Assembly (NCBI RefSeq): GCF_004010195.1
Contig: NC_057718.1
Span: 87,686,570 to 87,745,313 of the forward strand
Reading direction: 5' to 3'
DNA from: Chiloscyllium plagiosum
Lineage: Eukaryota
DNA length: 58,744 bases
The notes beneath the pieces were generated by a model. That model was not told the DNA's origin and did not search any database. It was given only the letters and a program-made list of their open reading frames with translations. Below are positions 1-12,974 of the stretch, piece after piece; positions within the stretch are counted from its first letter, which is position 1, and every line of letters starts with the position of its first letter. The position numbers and the translations under genes are program-made.

Positions 1-3000
1 TTCTGTTCTCCAACACATTGCCCATTATCCTTGATCACAATTGACAAGAATCCTGCTCTGGCTAAAGAATTCTTTTCTTCTGTGTCCTTGGCTCCAGCAT
101 CAATTTCCTTCAATTATAACGGGTTGGAATGTGTTCTGTTAGGCCTTTCAAAGGCACAAGAGAATGTAATTCCCATGTGGTCAGCAGAAACTCTTCAGAC
201 ATGTGTTGACTGTAGCCCCACCTCCCACCATGAAGGGGGCTTGGTGCCTTCACTGACCAGAATCTCCTCTGCATATTACACATTCCAGCAGGAGTGGGCT
301 TTGTCCCAACTCCCAGTATCTTCCCTCTACCCAGAGATCCACATACCCACCACACCACTTGTACCAGATACCATAATTTCAGATCCCAAGTATTTAACTA
401 ATGTAATAACACAGTCCTATTGCTTGATGTTCTATATAACTAACTCAAATTCTTTGATTATTACATTATATTTCCCCACCTAGCATTATAATGATACTGG
501 AAGCTTTATCGTGTCAATTGCAGTGTATTTTAATATAAGCTTCTGATTCTCCTTTTGGCTTTGATGTTAATTAAAAACTGGATCATGTGTCTTGAACATC
601 TGGTCAAAATGTAAGACTCATCGTAAATGTTGATAGCAAATTGAAAATATTGAAAAGCAGCACAAAATTAAACTGATGCACTTTGTGTATTTGAGAATAT
701 TTAAGTAACTTATTATATGTTTCCTTAACAATGTAAGTAACTATAACATACTGGTAGCAAAACATGCTTATAAAGTGTAGTCAATCAAAGGTATGCCTTA
801 TTAATGTGAGGTATGTATGTGTAAATATTCCTATCTGTTCCATTTAGCAGAATAATATTGAAATGTTTTTCAATAAAGTAACATTTGGATGAATTTCTGA
901 ATTTTCCTGAAAAACGAGAAGTTACTCATTTCCACTCTCATCCAGTTAGTTATAACAACAGCGTATTTTGTTACGCTGCAGCTGATGCTAATGCTGGACA
1001 AGTCAGATTCCAGAGTAAAACTGGATTGATAAACCATAAATTTTATGATTTGGTTACTGTACAGGCCAGTTACTGAACATATTCAGAGGACTGCCAGTGT
1101 ACTTCTAACAAAAGAACATACTTTTTTCCCCCTTTTGTGTAATAAAGGTATAAAAGAAGTTTTGAAAATATCTTATTATGACTTGCAAGCCTTTCTCAAG
1201 CAGTATGCTTTTCAGACACTGAACCTGAGTGAAGAATTGATCATATTTTCACTCTTTTTAATTTATTACTAAACAGATGGGTGTGCAAGCTTTTTCTTGG
1301 AATTTGCTATAGTTTCATCAGGTGTGATTCTCTGCATTTAATTCCAAGACACAGGCTAACTCATTAACTTTTCTCTTACTTTGATGATTTGGCTGCTAAA
1401 CAGCCCATTTGGTGGTATGTACCTTTTTTGAACTAATACTGGCTGTTCTTTCTCCAGATTGTAAAGCGTAACTTAAAGTAGTTGTTTCAGCAATGATCTC
1501 ACCAGGTAGCTTGTGTAGTCATTTAGTTTAAGTCACGTGACCTGTTAGAAATGTTGTTTTGACCCAATGTTAGATAATATGAACTCTGACCCTTAAAACA
1601 ATTCATCTTCACAGAATTGAACAGCCATTTGCCTCCACTTTCAGATTAAAGCTCCCAAACATCCATACATCATAAGCATTGTACTTTCATATGTTTAAAC
1701 TTATCAACACACTCCAGCATTCATGACACTGAGCCTTATATGGAGATAGTGAGGGAAGTTGACCAAAAGCTTGGACTAAGAGGTAAGTTTTAAGGGGTTT
1801 ATCAAAGGAGTGTAGAAAATGAAATTCAGAGCTGCACGTTGACCGCTGAAGGTATGGTGACTGATGGTGGGGCAAACAAAACCGGTTTCCAAAAGACCAG
1901 AGATTTGGAGGATTTGAGAGCTGGGGGATGCTACAATGAGAGGGAGGGTGAGGTTATAGAGAAATTTGAAAGCCAGAATGAGAATTTTTAAACTAATGCT
2001 TTGCTGGTGATGGAACCCAGGGATGGAAATAGAGAAGCTGGCTGAACAGAAAATGGTGCAGCCAAGTTTTGAATAATTTCAGGTTTCACAGAGAAGCATA
2101 TTTGTGATTTCTTAATACTTTTACTGATAAAATATTGGCCACTCATGGCTCTAATAATGGGAATTCAGTGCTACCAAAGTGGATCACCTTAATTAGGCTA
2201 AATATCAAAAGGCTGAACATTTATGAAGTTATGCAAACACTCCGTTTGGAGTCCAGATAGGGCATTAGACAGGATTGATACTGGCTAAAATGTTATGAAA
2301 AGAAATGTGCGCAAATGTCCATGCCTGAAAGAATTACATCAGCGAATCATAAAATTGTTACAGCACAGAGGAGGCCATTTAGCCCACTGTGTCTATGCTA
2401 GCTCTCTGCAAGAACAATACATTTAATGCCACTTTTTTCCTCTTCCCCATACCCATACAAGTTTCCTCCCCTTCAGTTAGTGATCACAGTTTCTTTTGAT
2501 AGTCACCATTGAATCTGAATCCACCAACACATTCTGGCAGTATTTTTCAAATCCAATTGATGCACTGAATGAACAATTAAGTCTGCCTCCTCTACTTCTT
2601 GATCCTTCCATCAATGGGAATAGATTTTTGCTATCGCCTTTGTCCAGACTTGGAGAAGAAATGGTTGAGAAGAGATTTTCTGAGGAGAAAAAGCCCCGGC
2701 TTCTACAATCTAGCTATAAAACACAAGTTCTTCATCTCTCGAACCATTCTCATGAATCTTTCCTCAATCGTCTATAAAGCCTTCATAACACTGTGAAAAT
2801 GCAGTGCCCAGAACTGGATGCAGTATGCCACTTGAAGCTAAAGAGTTTTTACAGTCCAGAAAGCAGCTCTTTGCCCATTGTATGCATTAGTCATCAAGCA
2901 TCTATCCTCACCCCATTTTCCAGCACTTAGCCATGTATAATGTGGCAGTTCAAGTACTCATTTAAATGCTACTAAAATATTTTGGGGGTTCTTACTCCTA

Positions 3001-3289
3001 ACACCTTTTGAGCAATGAGTTCCAAATGTCCAATACCCACCACCCTCTAGATGAAAAGATTGTTCCTTAAATCCCCTCTAAACCTCCTACTTCCTACCTT
3101 AAATCTATGCTCCCTGGTTATTGATCCCTCTCTGAAGGGGAAATATTTCTCCACATTTACCTTGTCCATGCACTGCAGAACTTCGTAAACCTCAATCAGA
3201 TTCCCTTTCAGCCTTCTCGAAGGAAAACAATTTCAGACTATCTAGAATAAAACAAAATTACAGTGGATACTGGAAATTTGAAAGAATCA

Positions 3290-3603
3290 CAGATTCCCTC
3301 CACTGTGGAAGCAGGCCATTCAGCCTATACTGACCCTCAGAACAGCATCCCACCCAGACCCACCTCTCTGCTCTATCCCTGTAACCCTGTATGTCCCATT
3401 GCTAGTCCAATTATCCTGCACATCCCTGAATGGGCAACTTAGCATGGCCAGTCTACCCAACCTGTACTCTTTGGACTGTGGGAGGAGATCCACGCAGACA
3501 TGGGGAGAATGTACAAACTGCACACACAGTGACCCAAGGCTGGGATTGAACTCGTGTTCCAAGTACTGAGAGGTAGCAGCGCTAACCACAGAGCCACTAC
3601 GCT
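3290..3603 (-). mobile_element. HE1-like V-SINE (degenerate)
   Basis: Reverse complement shows a tRNA-like head, the V-domain (TGTGTGCAGTTTGTACATTCTCCCCATGTCTGCGTGG) and a CR1-like tail. Confidence 0.8.
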
Positions 3604-3959
3604 GAAACAATCCTGGCCTGTCTGTTGACTCTTCATAGTTGAACCGCTCCAGCCCAAGCAACATCCTTGTGAATCTTCTCTGCAATCTAGGGAAATTGCA
3701 TCCTTCCCATAGTGAGGTTAACAGAACTGCACACAGTACTCCAGCTGTACCCTAACTAATGTTATGTACAAGTCTCTTATAACCTCAAATAAAGAGAAAT
3801 TTCTGGTAAAACGCAGCAGGTCAGGCAGCATCTCTAGGGAGAAAGCAGAGTTAACATTTTGAGTGTCCATCAGAATTGCCTGTAGTTTGGTTAATGCTGA
3901 AGACGAGGTTGGAGGAGGAGTGCTTTATAAAATAATGGGGGATATTGATAGAATTAATG

Positions 3960-5305
3960 CAAAGAGGGAGGTGAGTGCATAGGTGGTGTCCATTGTGAAG
4001 GACGAAATTTCTAACTACTTGGAAATGCATGGTAAAATAGGACAAAAGTCGGCATGGTTTCATCAAGGGGAGGTCATGCTTGACAAATCTTTTAGAATTC
4101 TTTGAGGAGGTAATGAGCAGGTTAGACCAAGAGGAGTCAATGGCTGTTATCTATATGGACTTCCAGAACGCCTTTGATAAAGTGCCGCACAGGAAGCTGC
4201 TGAGTAAGATGAGGGCTCATGGTGTGAGAGGCAAGGTACTAGCATGGATAGAAGATTGGTTGTTTGGCAGAAACCTGAGAGTAGGGATAAAAGATTCTTT
4301 CTCAGGATGGAAGCTGGGTGACTGGTGGTGTTCCACAAGGGGCAGTGTTGGGACCACAACTTTTTACTTTATACATTAATGATCTGGATGAAGGAACTGA
4401 GGCATTCTGGCTTAGTTTGCAAATGATACAAAGATAGGTGAAGAAACAAGTAGTATTGAAGAGATGGGGAGGTTGCAGAAAGATTTGGACAGGTTAAGAA
4501 AGTGGCAGATGACATACAGTATGGGAAAGCGTGAGGTCATACACTGAGAGAAAGAATAGAGGCATGGACTATTTTCTAAATTCAGAAATCTGAAGTGTAA
4601 AGGGAGTTGGAATCCTAGACTAGGTTTCTCTTAAGGTAAGCTTGCAGGTTGAGTCGATAGTTAGGAAGGCAAATACAATGTTGGCATTCGTTTCAAGAGG
4701 ACTAGAATATAAAAGCAGGGATGTACTTCAGAGGCTTTAAAAGGCTCTGGTCAGACCATATTTAGAGTATTGTGAGCAACTTTGGGCCCCATGCTTCACA
4801 AAGGATGTAATGTCCCTGGAGTCAGTCCAGAGAAGGTTCATGAGAATGGACCCAAGAATGAAAGGCTTTACATATGAGGAACATTTGAGGACTCTGGGGA
4901 CTATACTCAATGGAGTTTAGAAGGATAAGGGGGGATCTGATTGAAACTTACAGAATACTGAATAGCCTGACAGAGTGGACATTGGGAAGATGTTCTCACT
5001 GGCAGGAGTGATGAGGACCTGAGGGCACAGCCTTAGACTAAAGGGAAGACCTTTTGGAATGGAGATAAGGAGAAACTTCTTTAGTCAGAGATTGGTGAAT
5101 CTCTGGAATTAATTGCCACAGAAGGCTGTGAAGGCTAGCTTATTGAGTATATTTAAAACAGAGCTCTTGATTACCAAGGAGATCAAAGGTTACAAGGAGA
5201 AAGTAGGAAAATGGGGTTGAAAAACCTATCAGCTATGATCAAATAGCGGATCAGATTCAATGGGCTGAATGGCCTAATTTCTGCTCCTATGTCTTATGGT
5301 GTTAT
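3960..5305 (+). mobile_element. CR1 LINE, 5'-truncated RT/3' end
   Basis: HGF..GRSCLTNLLEFFEEV...YMDFQNAFDKVPH motif, frameshifted, followed by a CR1 3' UTR. Confidence 0.9.
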
Positions 5306-5309
5306 ACTT

Positions 5310-6935
5310 CACAGAGAGGGAGAGATTTGAAAGGTGTAGGTAAATGAGGGGATTATGGATGGCAGGCCAGGGCAGAATAGAAGCTGAATAAATGATAATG
5401 AGATCTGAGGTAGCAGAAAATGGGTAGTCTCTGCTGAAAGCAGACCATGTCATAACAGGACGAGATGTGGGATGGATAAAAAAAATGAGAAGACAGAATC
5501 AGTTTCTAAAGTTATTGAACTCCGTGTTGAGTCCTAGAGGCTGCAGGGTTCCCAAGCAGAACATGAGGCATTGTTCTTTGAGATTGCGCTGAGCTTTGCT
5601 GGAACATTGCAATAGGTCTGCGGCAGATGTTGGCATGGAACGCAGTAGTGTGTTGAAGTGGCAAGCAACTACAAGCTAAGAGTCGTTATTGTGGACAGGA
5701 CATAGGTGTTTTGTAAAGCAGTCACCTAGACTGCATTTTATTTCCCCAATGTAGAGGAGACCACATTGTGAACAGTGAATATTTTGGACTAGGTTGAGTG
5801 AAGGGCAGGTAAATTTCTGCTTCACCCTGAAAGGTGTGTTTGGGGCCTTAGATAGTGAGGAGGAAGAATTAAATGGGCAGGTGTTACCTTTTCTGCAATT
5901 GCATGGAAACCTGTTGTGGGGCTCCGGGGAGGTGTTGAGAATTGAGGAGGAGTGGAGTAGAGTTTCGCAGAGGGAATGGTCCCTGCAGAATATTGACAAA
6001 TGAAGGTAAGGGGATGTGTGTTTGTTCGCGGCATCATGTTGGAGGTGAAGGCAATGGCAGATTCCAATCCTTTGGATGTGGAGGCTGGTGGAATGGTCAG
6101 TGAGGACCAGGGAGGGATCGAAAAGCAGGAGATGGGATGGACATGGTAGTAGGGAATCTTTGGCTGAGGAAAAAGGTGGACTTTTCTGTGCGCAACCTCA
6201 CCACCATCACTGCAGAAAATGGTATCATTGGAACAATTACTATGAAGGTGGAGAAGCTGGGAGAAAGAAATAGTGTCTTTTCAGGAAACGTTGTGAGCGT
6301 GGATAGTCAAGGTAATTGTGGGAGTCAGCAGGTTTGTAATGGATATTGGTGTTGAGATACCAGTGTCGGACTGGGGTGGACAAAATCAGAAGTCACATGA
6401 CAGCAGGTTGTAGTCCAACAGGTTTATTTAAAATCACAAACTTTCAGAGCACTGTTTCTTCGTCAGGTGAAGTTGAGGGAGGCACAGAATATATACACAG
6501 AGAAAATGGCAAGATAATTCCAGGTAATGGATCCAGTGTGAATAGTTTGTCAACAGTCTGAATAACAAGGGAAGGGAAGTTAAATAAACTTATTGGACAA
6601 TAACCTGGTGTCGTGTGACTTATAGATATTGGGGACCAGCCTAATCTCAGAAATGGAAACAGATGTCAAGGAAGGGAAGGGAGGAGTTGAAAGTGGACCA
6701 AGTAAAGGTGAGGGCAAGGTGGAAATTGGAATTGAAATTGATAAACTTTACCAGTTCAGAACAAGAGGGGGAGGTGGCACCGATATCATCAGTATACCAG
6801 AGGAAGTGTTATGGGTGGGGACTGGAGTAGGACTGGAATAAGGAATGTTCCATACATCCCACAAAGAGACAGGCATTAACAGGAGCCCATGTGGGTACCC
6901 ATGGCCACCCCTTTGACCTGAAGAAAGTGAGGGGA
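5310..6935 (-). mobile_element. Penelope-like element remnant (RT C-terminus and GIY-YIG endonuclease)
   Basis: Minus ORF 5676-5999 reads PCNCRKGNTCP...FTCPSLNLVQNIHCSQCGLLYIGEIKCSL, a Cys-rich linker plus GIY-YIG. The reverse complement near 6890-6915 gives KGVAMGTHMG, a PLE RT motif. Confidence 0.8.
6350..6624. mobile_element. Penelope-derived terminal fragment (family B), partly fold-back
   Basis: Minus-strand copy of the 13075-13199 sequence plus an inverted arm at 6581-6620; flanked by GATATTGG at 6342-6349 and 6625-6632. Confidence 0.7.
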
Positions 6936-6944
6936 GTTAAAGGA

Positions 6945-7700
6945 GCAGACTGGGTGACTGCTTTGCAGAACACCTCTGGTCTGTGCACAAGCAGGACTCA
7001 GTCAGTCATTTTAACACCGCATTCTTCTCGCTTGCCCCACATGTCTGTCTTTGGCATCGTGCAGTGAGTCACAGCGCAAACTGGAGGAACAATATCTTAT
7101 CTTCAAACTAGGCACTTTACAGCCTTCTAGACTTAATATTGAGTTCAATACCTTTAAATTTCTCCCCCTTCTTTTACCTTATCATGTCGGGGAGAAAGTG
7201 AGGTCTGCAGATGCTGGAGATCAGAGCTGGAAATGTGTTGCTGGAAAAGCGCAGCAGGTCAGGCAGCATCCAGGGAACAGGAGAATCGACGTTTCGGGCA
7301 TAAGCCCTTCTTCAGGAATGAAGAAGGGCTTATGCCCGAAACGTCGATTCTCCTGTTCCCTGGATGCTGCCTGACCTGCTGCGCTTTTCCAGCAACACAT
7401 TTCCAGCTCTACCTTATCATGTCGTCCCCTCCCCCTCATCCCGCTTACTGTCCTTTCAAGTCTGGCAGGAGACACACCATTGTTCTGCCATTCTCACATT
7501 CTGATCACTTAATCTACACTATCAACAGCTTTTCTTCACTGGCACCCTACACTCACTAACACCAGCAACATGCCCCCACAACCCTACAATCGCATAAATA
7601 CTGTCTCCTCCATACACTCTCTCCATGGGTGCTGCCTGACCTACTGTGATCGCCATCAGTTGTTTTTAGTGCAGATTCTAGCATCTACAGTAATATGTTC
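6945..7700 (+). mobile_element. Penelope-like 3' segment in inverted orientation to the adjacent copy
   Basis: Encodes QRKLEEQYLIFKLGTLQPSRLNIEF (GIY-YIG C-terminus), followed by a pyrimidine-rich tail and TGCTGCCTGACC terminal motif. Confidence 0.7.
7190..7409. mobile_element. Penelope-derived fold-back element (family A)
   Basis: Long inverted arms centred near 7316; flanked by 15-bp direct repeat TACCTTATCATGTCG (7175-7189, 7410-7424). Confidence 0.85.
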
Positions 7701-7724
7701 CCATCTGTTATGACATAACTCCCC

Positions 7725-8295
7725 CTCCCAATCCCCAAGGACATGCAAGTCCTGGGCTGCCTCCATCGCCAAATCAAAGCCACTGCCAACTGGAAGAAGA
7801 ACACTTCATCTTCTGCCTCAGGACCCTACACCACACAGCATCAACATCAACTTCACCAATTACCAAATCTCCCCTCCCTCCACCTCATTCCAGGTCCAAC
7901 ACTCCAACTCAGCACTCCTGTCTTACCTGTCCATCTTCCTTCCCACCTATCTGCTCTACCCTCCCCACCGATTTATTGCAATTACCTCCCTCCTGCATCC
8001 GCCTATCACCATCCTACCTATCTCCCCCCACCCCCACCTCTGTTTATCTCTTAGACCCCTTCCCACTCCACATTCCTGATGAAGGGCTTATGTCTGAAGC
8101 ATTGACTCTCCTGCTTCTCAGATGCTGCCTTTAGAAACATCGATTTTCCTGCTCGTCAGATGCTGCCTGACCTGCTGTGCTTTTTCAGCACCACTCTAAT
8201 CTAGACTCTGGTTTTCAGCATCTGCAGTCCTTGTTTTTAACTCTGATGCTGCCTGACTTTTTTTTGCTTTTCCAGCACCACACTTTTTGACTATG
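7725..8295 (+). mobile_element. Penelope-like 3' fragment with tandem terminal repeats
   Basis: GIY-YIG C-terminal remnant (QLEEEHFIFCL), C-rich tail, CATTCCTGATGAAGGGCTTAT and repeated GATGCTGCCTGAC ends. Confidence 0.7.
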
Positions 8296-8309
8296 AGTTT
8301 GTCTTAGCA

Positions 8310-10780
8310 TGGCAACCCATTTTGATCCACTTTCAGGTCTATTATCAGATTACATAGAATAAAAAAGTTTAAGAATTGCAGATGCTGAAAGTGAGAAACA
8401 AAACGCCAAAATTGCTTAGGAAATGGCCCTTGCAGAGGAAGGACTAAAGAGAGAACTTTTGAATTTCAGAAGTTGGAACTGAAAAGTAAAGGTTTTCTTA
8501 AAATGAGGGAGTTTAAACATTCACATCCAGAAGTTGAGAGAGCTTGTGTGCAAGATTCGCACCTGAATTGGCAGATATTCATGAGTTAGTTCATAAATCA
8601 AAGTTTGGCTTCTGACATTAATTTCAGTCTGTGAAGGATAGAAATTGGGGAAAAGAGAAATTCTCAGATGGTATAAGAAAAGGATATCTCATTGTAGATA
8701 GTAATAATAGTTTACCACAGATCATAAAAGAAGTCCATGAGGGGGAGAAGAGAAGTGTAAAAGACCCCAGGTGTTCTCACTGTAATAAAGTAAAACACAT
8801 GAAGTTGCAGTGCTGGTGGTTTAAAAAATGGCACTGGGAAGATTGGTGTGGGAAAACAGGAGAAGCCAGAGATTTTGTTGAAGTTGTAAAGGAATGCACA
8901 GTGGAAGCTAAAAAGCTGTGCCAGAATGTCAGGAGTTGGTTGAGAAGAAAGAACTCATTAAAGAATTTACTTGTATGGGTAAGGTTTATTCATGTGCGCC
9001 AGGAGGAGCAGTTAAAGAAATTAAGATTATAAGAAATACAGGAGCAAGTCAATCTTTGATGATGAAAGACGAGGAGATATGTAATTCAGAAGGAATATTA
9101 CCAGAAAAGATGTTACTGGAATTCATGGTGAGAAGAGCAATGTTCCATTAAATAATGTAAGGCTGGAGAGTCCTTTGAAAAGAGTGCAGGTGAATAGTTC
9201 CTTGGAAGTAGAGTCGAGGGTAGATAGGATAGTGAAGAAAGCGTTTGGTATGCTTTCCTTTATTGGTCAGAGTATTGAGAATAGGAGTTGGGAGGTCAAG
9301 CTGTGGCTGTACAGGACATTGGTTAGGCTATTTTCGGAACATTGTATGCAATTCTGGTCTCCTTCCTATCGGAAGGATGTTGTGAAACTTGAATGTGTTC
9401 AGAAAAGATTTTCAAGGAAGTTGCCAGAATTGGAGGATTTGAGCGAAAGGGAGAGGCTGAATAGGCTGGGGCTGTTTTCCCTGGAGGCTGAGGGATGACT
9501 CTATAGAGGCTTATAAAATCTTGAGAGGCATGGATAGGGTAAATAGACAAAGTCTTTTATCCTGTGGTGGGGAGTCCAGAACTAGAGGGCATAGGCTTAG
9601 GGTGACAGGAGAAAGATATAAAAGAGACCTAAGAGGCAACTTTTTCACACACAGGCTGGTGTATGTTGGGAATGAGCTACCAGAGGAAGTGATGGATGCT
9701 GGTACATTTGCAGCATTTAAAAGGCATCTGGATCGGATGAATAGGAACGGTTTAGAGGAATATGGACCAGGTGCTGGCAAACGGGACTAGATTAGGTTAG
9801 GATATCTGGTCGGCATGGACGAATTGGACCAAAGGGTCTGTTTCTGTGCTGTACATCTCTATGACTCTGTGAAGAGTGGTGAAGTAGTGGTAGCAGTAAT
9901 AGAGAAATTTTCTGTTCCAGAGATACAGCATATCCTCAGTCATGATGTAGCTGGATCACAGTGGAAGTGATGCCTACTGTGGTTGAAAAACCATTGGAAA
10001 ATTCAAACAATTGAGGTGTTACCGGAAGTATATACTGGGATTTTTCTGACTTTCTGTTAACAAGGTCTCAAAGCAATTGGTTGAAGCAGGAGGAGAAATC
10101 AAGGAGTAAAGATAAGAAAGATTGAAGACTAATTATCGGAAACTATGTTTGATTAAATGTTTGAGAAAAACAAGAACAGGTGAAGGACAAAGTGGATATA
10201 TTTAATTCAGAGAAGTTGGCTTAATTGCAACAGAAAGATGATAAAATGAAGCAGTTGTATCAAAAAGCATATACTAAATGTATCCCAGAATCTTTCTAAA
10301 AAATGAAGCCTTCATGAGGAAATGGAGACCATTGTGTATTCAGGCAGATTAGAAACGGGCAGATGTTCATCAAATTGTATTACTGGTGGGTTATAGAAAG
10401 GAGGTGTTGCAGGTAGCACATGAATTACCAATAGGATAATTGGGAATAAGGAAAGCTCAAGCCAAATTACAAAAACATTTTTGTTTGCCTAGACCGCATA
10501 AAAAGCAGTTGAATTTTGCCAGGTATCATTCATGTCAGGCAATAAGAAAACTTCAGGCATTGATAAAACTAGCATCCTTAATATCCACTCCAGCATTTGA
10601 GGATTTTGTTTTTACAAGAGTCTTAATTGATTGCACAGGACCTTTCATTGAAAGAAAAAGTGAGAATCCGTATTTGTTGACCATAATGGATGTGTTTATT
10701 AGATTTTCAGAGGCCATTACATTTTGCAATATCATGGCTAAAATGATTGTAGAAGAGTTACTCAAGCTTTTTAGTAAAAA
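8310..10780 (+). mobile_element. Gmr1-like Gypsy LTR retrotransposon remnant (gag-PR-IN), interrupted by CR1
   Basis: Zinc knuckle CSHCNKVKHMKLQC (~8773); protease IRNTGASQSLM (~9030); integrase HELPIG...KHF...SCQ and FTRVLIDCTGP...YLLTIMD (10420-10720). Confidence 0.8.
9184..9870 (+). mobile_element. CR1 LINE 3' fragment nested in the Gypsy element
   Basis: LYRTLVR..LEYC.QFWSP and RTRGH...RGNFFT motifs; ends in TACATCTCTATGACTCT. Confidence 0.9.
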
Positions 10781-10782
10781 CG

Positions 10783-11345
10783 GAAAGAAGTTGGGACGTT
10801 ATGTTGCAGCTGTATAGGATATTGGTGAGGCCACTTTTAGAATACTGCATTCAATTCTGGTCTCACTGCTATAGTAAAAATGTTGTGAAACTTGAAAGGA
10901 TTCAGAAAAGATTTACAAGGACGTTGCTGGGAGAGGCTAAACAGACTGGGTATTTTCCCCTGGAGCATCGGAGGCTGAAGGGTGACCTTATGGAAGCCTA
11001 TATTATAAAATCAAGAGGGTCATGGATTGTCTAGGTCTTTTCCGCAGGGTTGGTGAGTCCAAAGCTAGAGGGCATACGTTTAAGGTGAGAGGGGAAAGAT
11101 TTAAAAGGGGCCTAAGGGGCAACCTTTTCATGCAAACAGTGGTGCGTGTAAGGAACAAACTGCCAAAGGAGGTGGTGGAGGCTGGTACAGTTACAACATT
11201 TAAAAGGCATTTGGACTGGTTCATGATTAGGAAGGGTTTAGAGGAAAATGGATCAATTGCTGGCAAATGGGACTAGATCAGTTTCGGATATCTGGTTGGC
11301 ACAGATGAGTTGGAACAAAGGGTCGACTTCCATACTGTAAACTAT
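10783..11345 (+). mobile_element. CR1 LINE 3' fragment
   Basis: MLQLYRILVRPLLEYCIQFWS and KARGHTFKVRGERF motifs. Confidence 0.9.
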
Positions 11346-11645
11346 GAGGAGAAAGTGAGGACTGCAGATGCAGGGGATCAGAGCTTAAAAATGTATTGCT
11401 GGAAAAGCGCAGCAGGTCAGGCAGCATCAAAGGAGAAGGAGAATCGACATTTTGGGCATAAGCCCTTCTTCAGGAATGAGGAGGGTGTGCCAAGCAGGCT
11501 AAGATAAAAGGTAGGGAGGAAGGACTTGGGGGAGGGGCGTTGGGAATGCGATAGGTGGAAGGAGGTTAAGGTGAGGGTGATAGGCCGGAGAGGGGGTGGG
11601 GGCGGAGAGGTCGGGAAGAAGATTGCAGGTCAAGAAGGCGGTGCT
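11346..11645 (-). mobile_element. Penelope-derived terminal repeat (family A, longer single arm)
   Basis: Same GGAGAAAGTGAGGACTGCAGATGC end as the fold-back copies, extended into a purine-rich tract matching the PLE tail. Confidence 0.8.
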
Positions 11646-11861
11646 TTGCTTATGTTTATGTGATCCTGCAATATTGGAACAGTTGATGAGTAGTACTTTG
11701 TTAAGTATTTTGAAAGATTTTAAATTATGCTAATTTTTAAAAGTTGTATTTTATCTGTTGTGTCAGAATAAAGTGTGCTTGCTTATGCCTCATAGTTTGA
11801 TCAATCGAGTTGCACCTGGAACATAACGCCTCACACTTGCCACTAAATAAGTTCACTGGCA

Positions 11862-11938
11862 CAGCTGGAGCTGCAGAGGGTGCTGTTTCTGGAGGACTGG
11901 TTATTGTTGCTGTGGTGAAGCTGGAGCTGCAGAGGGCA
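11862..11938 (+). repeat. Isolated, diverged ~1.3-unit copy of the minisatellite
   Basis: GCTGGAGCTGCAGAGGGTGCTGTTTCTGGAGGACTGGTTATTGTTGCTGTGGTGAAGCTGGAGCTGCAGAGGGCA matches the long unit with the CpGs lost. Confidence 0.85.
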
Positions 11939-12522
11939 TGAGAAACAAAACCAGAAATTACTGAAAAAAATTCAGTAGTTCTGGCACCATCTGTGGAGAG
12001 GAATTAGAGTTGATGTTTTGGGACTGCAATGTTGAATGAGCCAGAGAACCAAGTGGAACTGGGGGGGGAAGTAGGGCTGCTCTGAGCCACCGTGAGGTGG
12101 TGCTAAGGGAGAGAGAGTTGAGAGTGTGCAAATGGCAATACATGGCACTGTGTGTGGATCTTAGGACACAGTGAGAACAGTTGTCTGAGGAACATTGCAC
12201 ATCACAGAGATGCTTGTGATCCTGGATTCAAAACACGAAGGATGAAACTTGAGTTAGAATCCATGTGGATGAGTCTATATTGGAGGTAGTCACTGAGGAA
12301 TTTGATGTGGTTGTGAAAACAGGTTTTGGTAAATATCTTGTCAAACATCAGGAGCAACAGCAAAATTAATGATGGTGAACAAGAAAAATGGTTGGAATGG
12401 AAGCCCTGTCAGAGAGAGGAGCAGAACTTTTTCAATGTGGGCCTATCTGGAAGAGATTTGGTAGTGAGTAAACACTAAACAAAATTTCCACATTGTAGGG
12501 AATCTAATCTAATCGAAAGACT

Positions 12523-12830
12523 GGGGTGGCACAGTGGCTAGCACTGCTGCCTCACAGTGCCAGGGACCTGGGTTTGATTCCAGCCTTGGGTGAGTCTGTT
12601 TGGAGTGTGCACGTTCTCACTGTGTTTGCGTAGGTTTCCTCCAGGTGCTCCAGTTTCCTCCCACAATCCAAAGATGTGCCGATCAGGTGAATTGGCTATG
12701 CTAAATTGCCCGTAGTGTTAGGTGCATCTGTCAGAGGGGAATGGGTCTCAGTGGGTTTCTCTTCAGAGGGTCGGTGTGGACTCGTTGGGCCAGAGGGCCT
12801 GTTTCCACACTGTAGGGAACCTCATCTAAA
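12523..12830 (+). mobile_element. HE1-like V-SINE
   Basis: GGTGGCACAGTGG A box, GGTTTGATTCC B box, V-domain and CCTGTTTCCACACTGTAGGG tail. Confidence 0.9.
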
Positions 12831-12974
12831 CTAAAAAAGTGACCCTTCTTCAGGAGACAAAAATAGAGATTGCTACTAAGGCTCAACAGGTCTAGCAGCA
12901 TCTGTGGAGAGAAATCAGAGTTTACATTAACTGGAACTCAGCTGTGAGGAAGGGTCACTATCATGATATTCTAA

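Noticed and set aside
31..1500. ORF 31-483 and an AT-rich tract with AATAAA (872, 1141) as the 3' end of an upstream gene
   Set aside because: No recognisable protein motif or splice structure, a non-ATG start, and AATAAA is expected by chance in AT-rich DNA.
7221..7559. Recurrent peptide MCCWKSAAGQAAS... in several ORFs
   Set aside because: It is the translation of the palindromic non-coding repeat, not a gene family.
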